The notes under the pieces were generated by a model. The model was not told where the DNA came from. It searched no databases and was given only the letters and a program-made list of their open reading frames with translations. The position numbers were made by a program, and so were the translations under genes. This document shows positions 30,472 to 40,717 of a stretch of DNA of 64,000 nt, piece after piece; the first letter of the stretch is position 1; every line of letters starts with the position of its first letter. The stretch comes from Nitrosopumilus sp. Its GTDB lineage: Archaea; Thermoproteota; Nitrososphaeria; Nitrososphaerales; Nitrosopumilaceae. Where the stretch lies: assembly GCA_965205675.1 (NCBI GenBank), contig OZ242186.1, positions 1,664,001 through 1,728,000 of the forward strand, read 5' to 3'.

Positions 30472-31569
30472 TACTTCCTAACATAAGTTCGTCAACCATC
30501 CTCTCGTTGCATATACTTGAGAATGTCTAAATTGAATCGTCTGGTTCTGTAATATTTGGAGATGTTATTTTTCAGATTACTTAGAGATGGTTGATACTGT
30601 GACACCAACAAATTGTATTTTCCTTGCTTCCATACTTCCTCAACTGCATTGAACTGTGGTGAGCCTTTTGGAAACCAATTCAATAGAACATCATCTGCAT
30701 TCTCATCAAGATATTTTTGTACTAGTTTTGATCTGTGTTGTGGTGCTCGGTCTACATAGACTAGAATCTTGCCAAACTTTCTGTGCAATTCCTTTAGATA
30801 ATCCAAAAAACAGTACTGATCAAATTTTTCATATTGTCTGAATAATTGCCTGCCGTCATGAGTCAGTGCACCAAAAATGATTGTTTTTTGATGTGACCCG
30901 TTTACTAGAATAATTGGACGGGTTCCTTTCTTTACCCACATCTTTTTTCTAAATATCGCATCAGCAGTAAAGATGGACTCATCTTGTGCAAGAACTGTAA
31001 AGCCTTTTGCTATTTTTGAGGCTATTTGTTCTTTGGAGTTTTTTTAAACCAGAGTTTTTCCTCAACACTAGCTGAATTTACAAATCTCTTTGCTGCAACC
31101 TTTGGAACAAATCCCCATTTGTGTAATAATCTGTACACATGAACCTCATGATATTTTACACCTGATTTTTGATAAATCAGATTCATCACTTGCTTTGCAC
31201 TCCAGCCGGATTGTTTTTCTGCAATTTGTAGTTGAATGCTGACTAGTTTCTTTTTTGGTATACTAGTTGGTCTGCCAGTTCTAGGCAAGTCTTGCAGTCC
31301 TGCAATTCCATATTCTGCAAATCTATCTAACCATTTGTATGCCCATGAACGTACACGTCCAAGATTCTTTGCAACATGTGATGCAATTTGGTTCTCAAGT
31401 AATACTCGCTTTATCAAAAATAGCCTTTCTTTTACCTTGACGTTCTTTTCATCTTTGTATGCTTGAATTAATTTTTGATTATTCATGGTTTGATGTGTAA
31501 TGTTTTGATCAATATGGCATTTGGTAAAATAAATCAGATCAACAGATCATAAAATTTTGTTAGAGAGTA
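30472..31569 (-). mobile_element. IS630-family element, two ORFs (31022..31486 HTH; 30492..~31020 DDE) probably joined by a programmed frameshift
   Basis: Imperfect TIRs TACTTCCTAACA / TGTTAGAGAGTA flanked by TA on both sides; A7 run at the ORF junction; QDES, VDRAPQH and SPQFNAVEEVW. Confidence 0.88.
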
Positions 31570-31763
31570 TAATGTAACATGCAATCAAAAAATTCTATTA
31601 TAATTTCTAATAATGTCTACCAGTTTTTATCAACAATACAAGTTAATTTTTTTGTAACTAGCAGAAGTTGTTTTGTATAAAAAGGTATGTTTCATTTTGG
31701 ATCAAAATCTGAAAAAAATTATTTTTGTAAAAGACTTAATAGGATAACGTCAAAAAAACGATC

Positions 31764-32228
31764 ATGTCATTGAATGTAGGAGATACAGCTCCAGATTTTG
31801 AACTTCCAGATACTGAATTAAAGTTGAGGACTTTGGATGAATTCAAAGGCGGAAAAATAGTTATATCATTTATCGTGGCAGCAAGTTCTCCAGTTTGTGA
31901 AGTAGAACTTTGTACATTTAGAGACTCTTGGAAAGAAATTTCAGATACAGGTGCTAAAGTCATTGCAATTAGTAATGATGGTCCATTTGCAAACAAAGCA
32001 TTTGCAGAAAAACACAACTTTAATTTTCCATTATTAGGGGACTATACCAGTAAAACAATTAGAGATTATGATATTTTGATGCCAGATTTACTTCACATCA
32101 AAGATTACAATGCTGCAAAACGTTCTGTTTTCATAATTAATGAAGATGGGAAAATTGGCTACAAATGGGTTTCAGAGGATCCATTAAAAGAACCAAATTA
32201 TGATGAAATTAAAAATTTCTTAAAATAA
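31764..32228 (+). CDS. peroxiredoxin (AhpC/TSA, Bcp-like)
   Basis: VGDTAPDFELP and SPVCEVELC. Confidence 0.88.
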   Translation: MSLNVGDTAPDFELPDTELKLRTLDEFKGGKIVISFIVAASSPVCEVELCTFRDSWKEISDTGAKVIAISNDGPFANKAFAEKHNFNFPLLGDYTSKTIRDYDILMPDLLHIKDYNAAKRSVFIINEDGKIGYKWVSEDPLKEPNYDEIKNFLK

Positions 32229-32741
32229 TTATTCTATTTCTGCAACAACGTTGCCTTTAGCAACAGTTTCAGTTTCTTTAACTTTAATTGTTTTTACAAC
32301 TCCATCTTTGTGCGACTTTATTGCAACTTGCATTTTCATAGATTCTAAAGTACAAACAACATCACCTTTCTTAACAGAATCTCCTTTGGTTACAGATATT
32401 GATACAACTTTACCAGGAATTTGACTTTTCAAAGCTAGTTGTGCATTGCCAGCACCGCTTCCACCTGAATTTCTGTAAACGACTTTATCAAAATGAGTGT
32501 GTAAGTTCAGTGTGATTGGAACATTGTCAATTACAATTTTCATTTCATTAGTTGATTGTTCAAGATATTTTGCTTTATGATATTTGTTATCTAAAATAAA
32601 TTCAATTCCAGTAGAACTCATTGTTATAATTTTTAAATTATGTTCGTTATCATTGATTTTAATTACATAATTATTGTTTCCAAGATTTTCTACAATCTTT
32701 CCGTCAAACGATTTTTCAATATCTTGTATTTTATAATTCAT
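32229..32741 (-). CDS. accB: biotin carboxyl carrier protein of acetyl/propionyl-CoA carboxylase
   Basis: ESMKM biotinylation motif. Confidence 0.92.
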   Translation of the reverse strand: MNYKIQDIEKSFDGKIVENLGNNNYVIKINDNEHNLKIITMSSTGIEFILDNKYHKAKYLEQSTNEMKIVIDNVPITLNLHTHFDKVVYRNSGGSGAGNAQLALKSQIPGKVVSISVTKGDSVKKGDVVCTLESMKMQVAIKSHKDGVVKTIKVKETETVAKGNVVAEIE

Positions 32742-32747
32742 TTATCA

Positions 32748-34235
32748 TCAATCCAGTTTGTATTTCCAATTTGGATTATTGGCAGTATTATTTTGTGCTC
32801 TACTCTTAAAGTATTCAGAATGAATAATAGCCGCAGCTAATGCCGCATCGCTTTTATCTTCTTTTTCTTTTTTAAGATCTTTAGTTAATCTATCAATCAT
32901 TCCATAACGTTTGAGAAAATCTGTTGAAAGGTCCCCATTTTTGTATTCTTCAGAGTTAAGAATTGTTTTGTATAATGGAATTGAAGTTTCAACGCCTTGG
33001 ATATAAAAGTCATTTAATGCTGCAAGCATTCTAGTTCTTGATTCTTCAAATGTTTGTCCCCAAGTAACGAGTTTTGCCATAAGAGAATCATAAAATGGAG
33101 AAACAGTACATCCAGGATAAAGATAGGTATCACATCTAACACTAGGTCCTGCAGGAATGACTACATCAGGCACAGGTCCGGTAGATGGAGCAAAGTCTAA
33201 GAAAGTATCTTCTGCATTAATTCTGCATTCGATTGCATAGCCATTCATTTTGAGGTCACTTTGTTTGAACGGGATTGACTCACCATTTGCAATGTCTAGT
33301 TGTAATTTGACCAAGTCTAATCCAGACACAAATTCTGTAATTGGATGTTCTACTTGTAATCGGGCATTGATTTCAATAAAATAAAATTCCCCATTATCAG
33401 CCCTCAAAAATTCAGCAGTTCCCAAGTTGGTATAGCCTACTGCATCAGCAGCTCTGCAAACAGATTCACCAACACGTGCTCTTGTTTTTTCATCTACAAT
33501 TGGTGAAGGGGTTTGTTCGATTAATTTTTGATTACGTCTTTGAATGGAGCATTCTCTTTCAAAGATGTGAACAGTGTTACCGTGAGTGTCTCTAGCAAAT
33601 TGGTATTCAATGTGTCGTGTTTTTTCTAGGAATTTTTCTACTAGTATTGCAGACTTTCCTACGGCTGCAATTGATTCACCGGTAACTGATTCAAAGCCTT
33701 CACGTAATTCTTGGTTACTAGTAACAATTCTAATTCCACGACCTCCGCCACCATAAACTGATTTTAACATTACAGGATAACCAATTTCATTTGCAACTTT
33801 TTCTGCATCTTCTGCATCTTTTACCAAACCTGGACTTCCAGGAACTGTTGGAACATCAGCTTTGAGCATTGCAGCTTTGCATTTCATTTTATCTCCACAA
33901 AGATTCATAGATTTTGCTGTAGGACCAATGAAAGTAATTTTATTTTTTTCACATAGATTTGCAAAGTCATCATTTTCAGAAAGAAAACCATATCCTGGAT
34001 GAACTGCATCACTTCCAGATTTTTGCATCACTTCAAGGATTTTTTCTTGATTAAGATATGATTTAGCAGGAGCAGCCTCACCAATATGATATGCTTCAGT
34101 TGCTTGTTTGACATGCATTGAATTGTAATCTTCATCAGAATAAACAGCGACTGTCTTAATTCCAAGTGCCTTACAAGTTCTAATTACACGTAAGGCAATT
34201 TCTCCCCTGTTTGCGATAAGTACTTTTTCAATCAT
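32748..34235 (-). CDS. accC: biotin carboxylase
   Basis: LIANRGEIA, HPGYGFLSEN, GGGGRG and RLQVEH. Confidence 0.95.
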   Translation of the reverse strand: MIEKVLIANRGEIALRVIRTCKALGIKTVAVYSDEDYNSMHVKQATEAYHIGEAAPAKSYLNQEKILEVMQKSGSDAVHPGYGFLSENDDFANLCEKNKITFIGPTAKSMNLCGDKMKCKAAMLKADVPTVPGSPGLVKDAEDAEKVANEIGYPVMLKSVYGGGGRGIRIVTSNQELREGFESVTGESIAAVGKSAILVEKFLEKTRHIEYQFARDTHGNTVHIFERECSIQRRNQKLIEQTPSPIVDEKTRARVGESVCRAADAVGYTNLGTAEFLRADNGEFYFIEINARLQVEHPITEFVSGLDLVKLQLDIANGESIPFKQSDLKMNGYAIECRINAEDTFLDFAPSTGPVPDVVIPAGPSVRCDTYLYPGCTVSPFYDSLMAKLVTWGQTFEESRTRMLAALNDFYIQGVETSIPLYKTILNSEEYKNGDLSTDFLKRYGMIDRLTKDLKKEKEDKSDAALAAAIIHSEYFKSRAQNNTANNPNWKYKLD

Positions 34236-34241
34236 ATCTAA

Positions 34242-35789
34242 TCACAAATTGATATTTCCATGTTTTCTTGGTAATTGCTTTGCTCTTTTATTCTCAAGCA
34301 TTTCAAGTGCTTTAATTAACATAGGTCGTGTTTCAGCAGGATCAATTACATTATCTACGGTTCCATGAGATGCTGCAACATAGGGATTTTCAAATTTTTC
34401 TGCAAACTCATCGATTAATTGCTTCTTTAATCCTTCAGCATCCTCAGATTCTTTGAGCTCTTTTCTATACATAATTTTAACAGCAGCTTCTCCACCTAGA
34501 ACAGCACATCTTGCTGTGGGCCATGCATAATTTATGTCAGTTCGGAGATTTTTACTTCCCATTGCAATGTATGCTCCACCATATGCCTTGCCAATAACTA
34601 GTGTAATTCTTGGAACAGTTGCTTCACAATATGCATAAAGTAACTTACTACCATGTCTAATGATACCATTGTGTTCTTGATTAGAACCTGGCATGTATCC
34701 AGGGGTATCAACTAGAGTAATTATTGGAATATTAAATGAATCACAGAATCTAATGAAACGTGCTGCTTTGTTTGATGAATCAATGTCAAGTGCACCGGCA
34801 AGTACAATAGGTTGATTTGCAACAATTCCAACAACCTTTCCATTCATTCTTCCAAAACCAATAACAATATTTGCGGCAAACAATTCATGAACTTCAAAGA
34901 ATTCATGATCATCAACAACTGAATTAATGATTTCTTTCATATCATATGGTTGCAAAGGATTTTCAGGAATGATATTGATCAAGTTGTGATCCATTCTGTT
35001 TGGATCATCATCAGTTTTTATTTTTGGTGGTGTTTCAGTGTTATTTTGAGGTAGATAAGAAATTAATTTTTTGATATAATCCATACATTCGTATTCATTT
35101 TGTGCAACAAAATGTGCAACACCACTCTTTGATCCATGTGTTATTGCCCCTCCAAGATCATCAAATGAAATTTCTTCTCCCAATACAGTCTTGACTACAT
35201 CTGGACCTGTTACAAACATGGTTCCTACTTTTTCAACCATAATTACAAAGTCAGTCATTGCAGGTGAATATACAGAACCGCCAGCAGATGGACCAATACT
35301 TGCAGTAATTTGTGGAATTACCCCAGAAGCTAATTGATTATGATAAAAGATATCTGCAAATCCGTCAAGACTCATGATGCCCTCTTGAATTCTAGCACCA
35401 CCAGAATCCATTACACCAATTATCGGACATCCCGTTTGAACTGCATGATCCATTAGTTTAGTAATTTTTTTAGCTCCCATTTGACTAAGTGTTCCACCAA
35501 GCACAGTGAAATCATATGCAAATACAAAGATTTGTCGTCCATTTACATTTCCATAACCTCCAACTACACCATCTGTGAAAAATTTCTTTTTTTGCATATC
35601 GTATTCATGATAGTGATGTGTGGTTAATGGATCAATTTCAGTAAAAGTACCTTCATCAAGTAATAGATTAATTCTTTCACGAGCAGTTAATTTTCCTTTC
35701 TCATGTTGAGCCTTAATTCTATCTTGTCCTCCTCCTCCTAATGATGTTTTATTCTTTTTAGTATATCCTTCAATCTTTTCAGAATGCAC
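34242..35789 (-). CDS. pccB: acetyl/propionyl-CoA carboxylase carboxyltransferase (3HP/4HB carbon fixation cycle)
   Basis: GKLTARERI, SGGARIQEG, KAYGGAY and KHGNINL. Confidence 0.93.
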   Translation of the reverse strand: MHSEKIEGYTKKNKTSLGGGGQDRIKAQHEKGKLTARERINLLLDEGTFTEIDPLTTHHYHEYDMQKKKFFTDGVVGGYGNVNGRQIFVFAYDFTVLGGTLSQMGAKKITKLMDHAVQTGCPIIGVMDSGGARIQEGIMSLDGFADIFYHNQLASGVIPQITASIGPSAGGSVYSPAMTDFVIMVEKVGTMFVTGPDVVKTVLGEEISFDDLGGAITHGSKSGVAHFVAQNEYECMDYIKKLISYLPQNNTETPPKIKTDDDPNRMDHNLINIIPENPLQPYDMKEIINSVVDDHEFFEVHELFAANIVIGFGRMNGKVVGIVANQPIVLAGALDIDSSNKAARFIRFCDSFNIPIITLVDTPGYMPGSNQEHNGIIRHGSKLLYAYCEATVPRITLVIGKAYGGAYIAMGSKNLRTDINYAWPTARCAVLGGEAAVKIMYRKELKESEDAEGLKKQLIDEFAEKFENPYVAASHGTVDNVIDPAETRPMLIKALEMLENKRAKQLPRKHGNINL

Positions 35790-35887
35790 GGTATTCTAAA
35801 GCAGGAAAGTTTTCCTATATTTAGGTTCAGGATATTGGCTTGTAAAAAATTTATAAAAATTCAACGATCATTGATTTTTTTAGAATT

Positions 35888-36199
35888 TCATGAGTTAAAA
35901 ATTGAAAATTTCTTATTTGCAGATTTTTGATAGGAACTAAAAGCATCATTTTCTTCACTACATTTCTTACATATACACAACTGAGAGACATTTGGAATAT
36001 CACAATTTTCCTGAAATTCACACTGAGAACAGCCAGCAGGGTTACCACATACAATACACTGTAATTCATTAATCTGGGTACACTTTTCATGTTTTACACC
36101 CAAACCTTTTGCCCATAAACCAATTTCGTTGATAGGGATTTTTCCATTACAAACAATACATGTGCCTGGAAACTTCATGGGGATTTTTCTCCAACTCAT
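35888..36199 (-). CDS. small Cys-rich zinc-binding hypothetical protein
   Basis: Multiple CxxC pairs; ATGA overlap with the upstream gene. Confidence 0.75.
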   Translation of the reverse strand: MSWRKIPMKFPGTCIVCNGKIPINEIGLWAKGLGVKHEKCTQINELQCIVCGNPAGCSQCEFQENCDIPNVSQLCICKKCSEENDAFSSYQKSANKKFSIFNS

Positions 36200-37365
36200 T
36201 GTATTTGTTCAATCTCCTTTTCAATAATATCCCCAAAAGTTTCTTCCAAGTCCAATTCAAGTGTTTTATTTTTAATACATAATAAAACAAAAGGGAAACA
36301 CAATGTGACAAAAGAACTAGAAGATGAATGTAATTTTTTTGCCATGATCGATGAAAGAGATTTTATCTTTACGCCATCCCAACGAATTCTATTTAGTAAA
36401 GGCCATGATAAATTGTATTGTGCATACCTAATTCGATCATCATTTTGATACAATTTAATCAAAATATCATTTAGATATCGAAGCAGTCTCCAATTCTGAG
36501 TCTTCATAATTTTTCCAAAAAGCATATCGGCTTTAGATATAATTTCTAAATATGTTGCAAATGTTAAACTATCTAAATCACTTGTGATGATACTAGAATA
36601 AAATGCATTGATTTTTTCTCTAGGATTAATTTGCATCGAATATAGAACACTTTTAGCTTCTTCAATCGAATTTGCTTTAAAAAAAGCATTAATTCCATCT
36701 TCAACATTAATACTTTCAAAAGAATTTTCAGTTTGAGGATTAAATCCAGTCACAAAAGATTGTGCAAAGTTAGTCATTGAACGAATATCCCCCCTTGATT
36801 TATCAATTACTTTGATTATTGTACCGGGACTAAGACTTGCACTTTGTTTTTTTAAAATATTTTCAAGGTATACCCGTAATAATCGTGGAGGGATTTTTTT
36901 GAATTGAATTGTTTTTACAACTTTTTTGATACTTTTCATTTTATCAGAATCATCACTATTTGCAGCAAGGACAATTGGTACTGTAGGTTCTTTGAGAATA
37001 TCAACAAGTGCTGATGCCCCACCATAATCCCCACGACCATGAATACCATCAACTTCATCAACAAAAATCATTGGAGTGCCCATTACACTTACGTTTGCTA
37101 AAACAGGCGTTAGAACTTCATTTATTCTGGATTTACTTCTAACATCACTGGCATTAAGACCAATCATATCATATCCAAATTGCTTAGCAATCAAATATGC
37201 AATGGTAGTTTTTCCAATTCCAGGCGGTCCTACCAAAAGTAATGGCTTTGTGCCTTTTCTCCATTTGAGAAACCATTCAGTAATTGTCACTCGTGCTTCT
37301 TCATTTCCTACCATGTCAGAAATTATCTGAGGTCGGTATTTTTCAGACCACATCAATGCAATCAC
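36196..37365 (-). CDS. rfcL: replication factor C large subunit (AAA+)
   Basis: WSEKYRP, GPPGIGKTT, LNASDVR, DEVD and GDIR. Confidence 0.88.
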   Translation of the reverse strand: MIALMWSEKYRPQIISDMVGNEEARVTITEWFLKWRKGTKPLLLVGPPGIGKTTIAYLIAKQFGYDMIGLNASDVRSKSRINEVLTPVLANVSVMGTPMIFVDEVDGIHGRGDYGGASALVDILKEPTVPIVLAANSDDSDKMKSIKKVVKTIQFKKIPPRLLRVYLENILKKQSASLSPGTIIKVIDKSRGDIRSMTNFAQSFVTGFNPQTENSFESINVEDGINAFFKANSIEEAKSVLYSMQINPREKINAFYSSIITSDLDSLTFATYLEIISKADMLFGKIMKTQNWRLLRYLNDILIKLYQNDDRIRYAQYNLSWPLLNRIRWDGVKIKSLSSIMAKKLHSSSSSFVTLCFPFVLLCIKNKTLELDLEETFGDIIEKEIEQIQ

Positions 37366-38477
37366 TTGGGAAGTTTGGACTGGTACTCAGACCACTTGTT
37401 GGCCTTTTGTAATTTATTGTACCAATATTGATTATAATGTTCCACAGTTAAAAATAAAAATTCTAAAAATTCTTTGTGAGAAAAGTTATCAGGTAATAGA
37501 TCTAGTGTAAGTCTTGCATCTTGTAAATACAAATTACTTTTTTCTATAGTAACCTCAAATCCTTGTTTTAGATCATTTGCTAATAACGAATAATACAAAG
37601 GCCAAGAAGGAATTTTTACAAAACCGTTTTTAATTGAATCTTCAATTTCATTTCCACATCCAACACCTTCAGCAGCTCTTGCCATCCCTAAATAAAAAAT
37701 CTCACTCAAAGGTCTTTCTGCCAAAGCCATATTTCGTCCAGCAGTTCCCATTACAGCACGATATTTTTTATAAGATACAGTCATCTCTTCTTCAGTAATT
37801 TCTGTAGGTTTTGATTTTAATTTTTCATCCAAGTATTGTCCAATTCGTGCATCTTTGAATCCAGCTTCAAATTCTTTTAGAACCTTTTCCCCGCCTTTTG
37901 AAATTTTATCTCTAGCTAATTTCAAAATATAGGGGTTCATCAATTTGTAATCATCAAGAAATTCCAAGTCTTCATCTTTATCTACAATTCTATCCATAGG
38001 TTCACTAAGATCAATTGCAAGAATATGTCCTTCAACTATATCTTGTTTTAATTGAGGATCATCTCTTCTAGAATATTCTGCTGCGGCATCAAATAATCCA
38101 TTAAAAACAGGAAAAGTCATCTTTACAAAATTTGAGTTCAAAATTCGATTTACCCTATCTTGCATCACATCAATACTATCTAATTTTGATTTTATAGGCT
38201 CAATTTGAGATGCATTTAGTATAATTTCAGTTGAATCTATTTCATCACCAAATGCCTGTTGAGTTGCATTTGGATTTGGATCGGATTTTATTTCATCAAG
38301 TAGTCCTTTAGCAAATCTCTCTGCGAATTCTGGAAATTGGTTTTCAGTTTCTTCTTTATATTTGTTAAATAATTTATAGCCTTTAGATTTGAACAAAGCT
38401 TGCTTGATAATTTGCTTACCTGGTTTTGTACTCATCAAAGCTTCTTTGCTTGTTACAGATTGATCTTTACCACTCAC
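37362..38477 (-). CDS. hypothetical protein
   Basis: 371-aa ORF coupled to rfcL; no function recognised. Confidence 0.8.
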   Translation of the reverse strand: MSGKDQSVTSKEALMSTKPGKQIIKQALFKSKGYKLFNKYKEETENQFPEFAERFAKGLLDEIKSDPNPNATQQAFGDEIDSTEIILNASQIEPIKSKLDSIDVMQDRVNRILNSNFVKMTFPVFNGLFDAAAEYSRRDDPQLKQDIVEGHILAIDLSEPMDRIVDKDEDLEFLDDYKLMNPYILKLARDKISKGGEKVLKEFEAGFKDARIGQYLDEKLKSKPTEITEEEMTVSYKKYRAVMGTAGRNMALAERPLSEIFYLGMARAAEGVGCGNEIEDSIKNGFVKIPSWPLYYSLLANDLKQGFEVTIEKSNLYLQDARLTLDLLPDNFSHKEFLEFLFLTVEHYNQYWYNKLQKANKWSEYQSKLPK

Positions 38478-38560
38478 AAACGTTAAGCTTTTTTATTGTT
38501 ATTTATGCTTTCAAACTAAATTTTTTCTTCACTTAAATTACGATTGATCAATTTGACAAC

Positions 38561-39361
38561 ATGGACACAATAGAAATTCTTCGTGAAGCTTCAAACAGAA
38601 TTTATGCAAATGTAAAAGATCTTGCAGGAACAGATGATGCTGCAGGAGATTTTGGTGTTGGAGCCGGTGGAGATATTTCAAGAAACATAGACATTGTTGC
38701 TGAGAACACAGTCTTAGATTATCTTAAAGAGATTGACTTTGAATGTGTTGTATTAGGAGAAGAATGTGGACGAGTAGAATTATCAAATAATCCAAAAGGA
38801 TTTATCATAATGGATGCAATAGACGGTTCTGCTAATGCAGTAAGAGGAGTTCCATTTTTCTGTAGTTCCTTAGCATTTGCAACTAAAAATAAATTAAGTT
38901 CAATTACAGATGGTGTAATCACAAATCTTTCAAATGGTGAAATGTATTGGGCATCAAAAAATAAGGGTGCATTTTTTAATAATAAACAAATCAAAGTTCA
39001 CAAAAAAGATCCAATCTATAAAATAGTTGGAATTAACACATCAGGATCATCTCTTGAATTGATGAAAAAATTACATCCGATTTTTGAAAATCATAATCAT
39101 ACAAGACATTTTGGTGCAAATGCACTAGAAATGGCAATATTTGCAAGAGGATTAATGGATATTTTTATTGATCTAAGAGATAAAATTAGAATTCAAGATA
39201 TTGCAGCAGGATATGTAATTGTCAAAGAAGCAGGAGGTTTGCTATTAGATGCAGATCTGAATCCGCTTGATGCAGATCTAAGCTATGAGACAAAAGTTTC
39301 TTTTATCGCAGCGGCAAACCAAGAAATTCTTGATGAAATAATGTCGCAGATCAACAAATGA
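38561..39361 (+). CDS. inositol monophosphatase / FBPase family protein
   Basis: GEE, DAIDGSAN and DIAAG motifs. Confidence 0.9.
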   Translation: MDTIEILREASNRIYANVKDLAGTDDAAGDFGVGAGGDISRNIDIVAENTVLDYLKEIDFECVVLGEECGRVELSNNPKGFIIMDAIDGSANAVRGVPFFCSSLAFATKNKLSSITDGVITNLSNGEMYWASKNKGAFFNNKQIKVHKKDPIYKIVGINTSGSSLELMKKLHPIFENHNHTRHFGANALEMAIFARGLMDIFIDLRDKIRIQDIAAGYVIVKEAGGLLLDADLNPLDADLSYETKVSFIAAANQEILDEIMSQINK

Positions 39362-39494
39362 AATTATTGAATAAAAATTTAAAAAATTATGAATAGATTG
39401 ATAATTTATCTGACATTTTTGAGTTTTCAATAGATTTTGTAAGATAGATGCTAAGAGAAATATATTTAACCAAAGTCAAGAAAAAACTTCTTGT

Positions 39495-40337
39495 ATGGTA
39501 ACTGAGATGAAAGCAAAGGTCGTCTACAGGGAGTTACTTAAAGAAGATCTAGTGATTATTAGATTAGTTCCAGAAAAAGGAGTGCCAGAATACAAAACAG
39601 GTCAGTTTTTGACAATAGGTCTTCCAATTCCAGCAGAAAAAAAAGTTGTTAGAAGAGCATATTCTATCGCATCACATGCTGAGAACAGAGATTATTTTGA
39701 ATTTGTAATTAGATGGGTAAGAAAACCACTTCCAGGACGTGTAACTACTGAATTGTTTTATCTAAGTGTTGGAGATGAAGTTTCTCTTGGTGATCCAACA
39801 GGAGCTGCATTACAAATTAGCGACAAGTTACCTAATGGACAAAAAGACAATAGAAGAGTAATTTGTGTAGGTGGAGGTACAGGATTGGCTCCATTTATTG
39901 CATTTGCAAAACATTTTCATGATATCAATGATAAACGAGAAGTAATTGTTCTTCACGGTGCAAGTTATGTTGATGAATTAAGCTACAAACGACTATTAAC
40001 AGATTTAGAAATGGAAAGTGAAAACAGAGGAAGAGACAAATGGAATTTCAGATACAGAGCCGCAATTAGTAGACCAAAAGAATTTTTCAATAGATCATGG
40101 AATGGTCATGTAGGTAGAGTAGAATCTTTCTTCAAACCTGATAAAAAATCAGGATTATCGCCCGTAGAAGAAATGGTCGGCGAGGAACTAACTCCAGAAA
40201 ATTCAATTATCTATATTTGTGGTTATCAAGGAACAATTGATGGAGTAATTGAACATCTAGGGCCAAAAGGATTCGTTACTGAACATGAGAAAAAACCCGA
40301 TGGAAGTTTTGGAATTAAATTCGAATCATACGGATAG
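39495..40337 (+). CDS. ferredoxin-NADP(+) reductase
   Basis: RRAYSIAS, GGTGLAPF, YICG and C-terminal ESYG. Confidence 0.9.
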   Translation: MVTEMKAKVVYRELLKEDLVIIRLVPEKGVPEYKTGQFLTIGLPIPAEKKVVRRAYSIASHAENRDYFEFVIRWVRKPLPGRVTTELFYLSVGDEVSLGDPTGAALQISDKLPNGQKDNRRVICVGGGTGLAPFIAFAKHFHDINDKREVIVLHGASYVDELSYKRLLTDLEMESENRGRDKWNFRYRAAISRPKEFFNRSWNGHVGRVESFFKPDKKSGLSPVEEMVGEELTPENSIIYICGYQGTIDGVIEHLGPKGFVTEHEKKPDGSFGIKFESYG

Positions 40338-40441
40338 ATTATTTAAAAATAAAAAAAGTTATTTTTTAATATCTTAAAATTAAGATATTTGTACTAATTA
40401 TATACGTGTGGATTTTTATATTCATTATTTTTTATCAAAAC

Positions 40442-40609
40442 ATGGCAAAACTCAAGTGCAGTGATTATGGATTTGAGTGTAATTTTGTAGTCGAAGGCGA
40501 ATTGGAGACAGTTATTAATAATTTTAGAAATCATACAGATGAAGAACATGGAATAGACTACTCTAAAGAAGCAGTCATGCAATTTCTCTTAAGAAAACAA
40601 GGATTGTAG
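40442..40609 (+). CDS. small metal-binding protein, DUF1059-like (start taken at MAKLKC)
   Basis: C.DYG.EC.F...H...H pattern. Confidence 0.75.
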   Translation: MAKLKCSDYGFECNFVVEGELETVINNFRNHTDEEHGIDYSKEAVMQFLLRKQGL

Positions 40610-40717
40610 TGAAATCAAGCAAAATCTAACCTTTTCATTCTAACATGTTACAGTTGCTGAAAATGAGGTGCCAACTGTTAGTGAAATCAAGCAAAATCTA
40701 ACCTTTTCATTCTAACA
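40607..40717. repeat. 39-bp direct repeat (40607..40645 and 40679..40717) flanking a unique 33-bp insert
   Basis: TAGTGAAATCAAGCAAAATCTAACCTTTTCATTCTAACA present twice. Confidence 0.9.

Noticed and set aside
40607-40717. CRISPR array
   Set aside because: Only two repeats, the repeat is the coding 3' end of a gene, and there is no leader or cas gene in the window; kept only as a scar hypothesis
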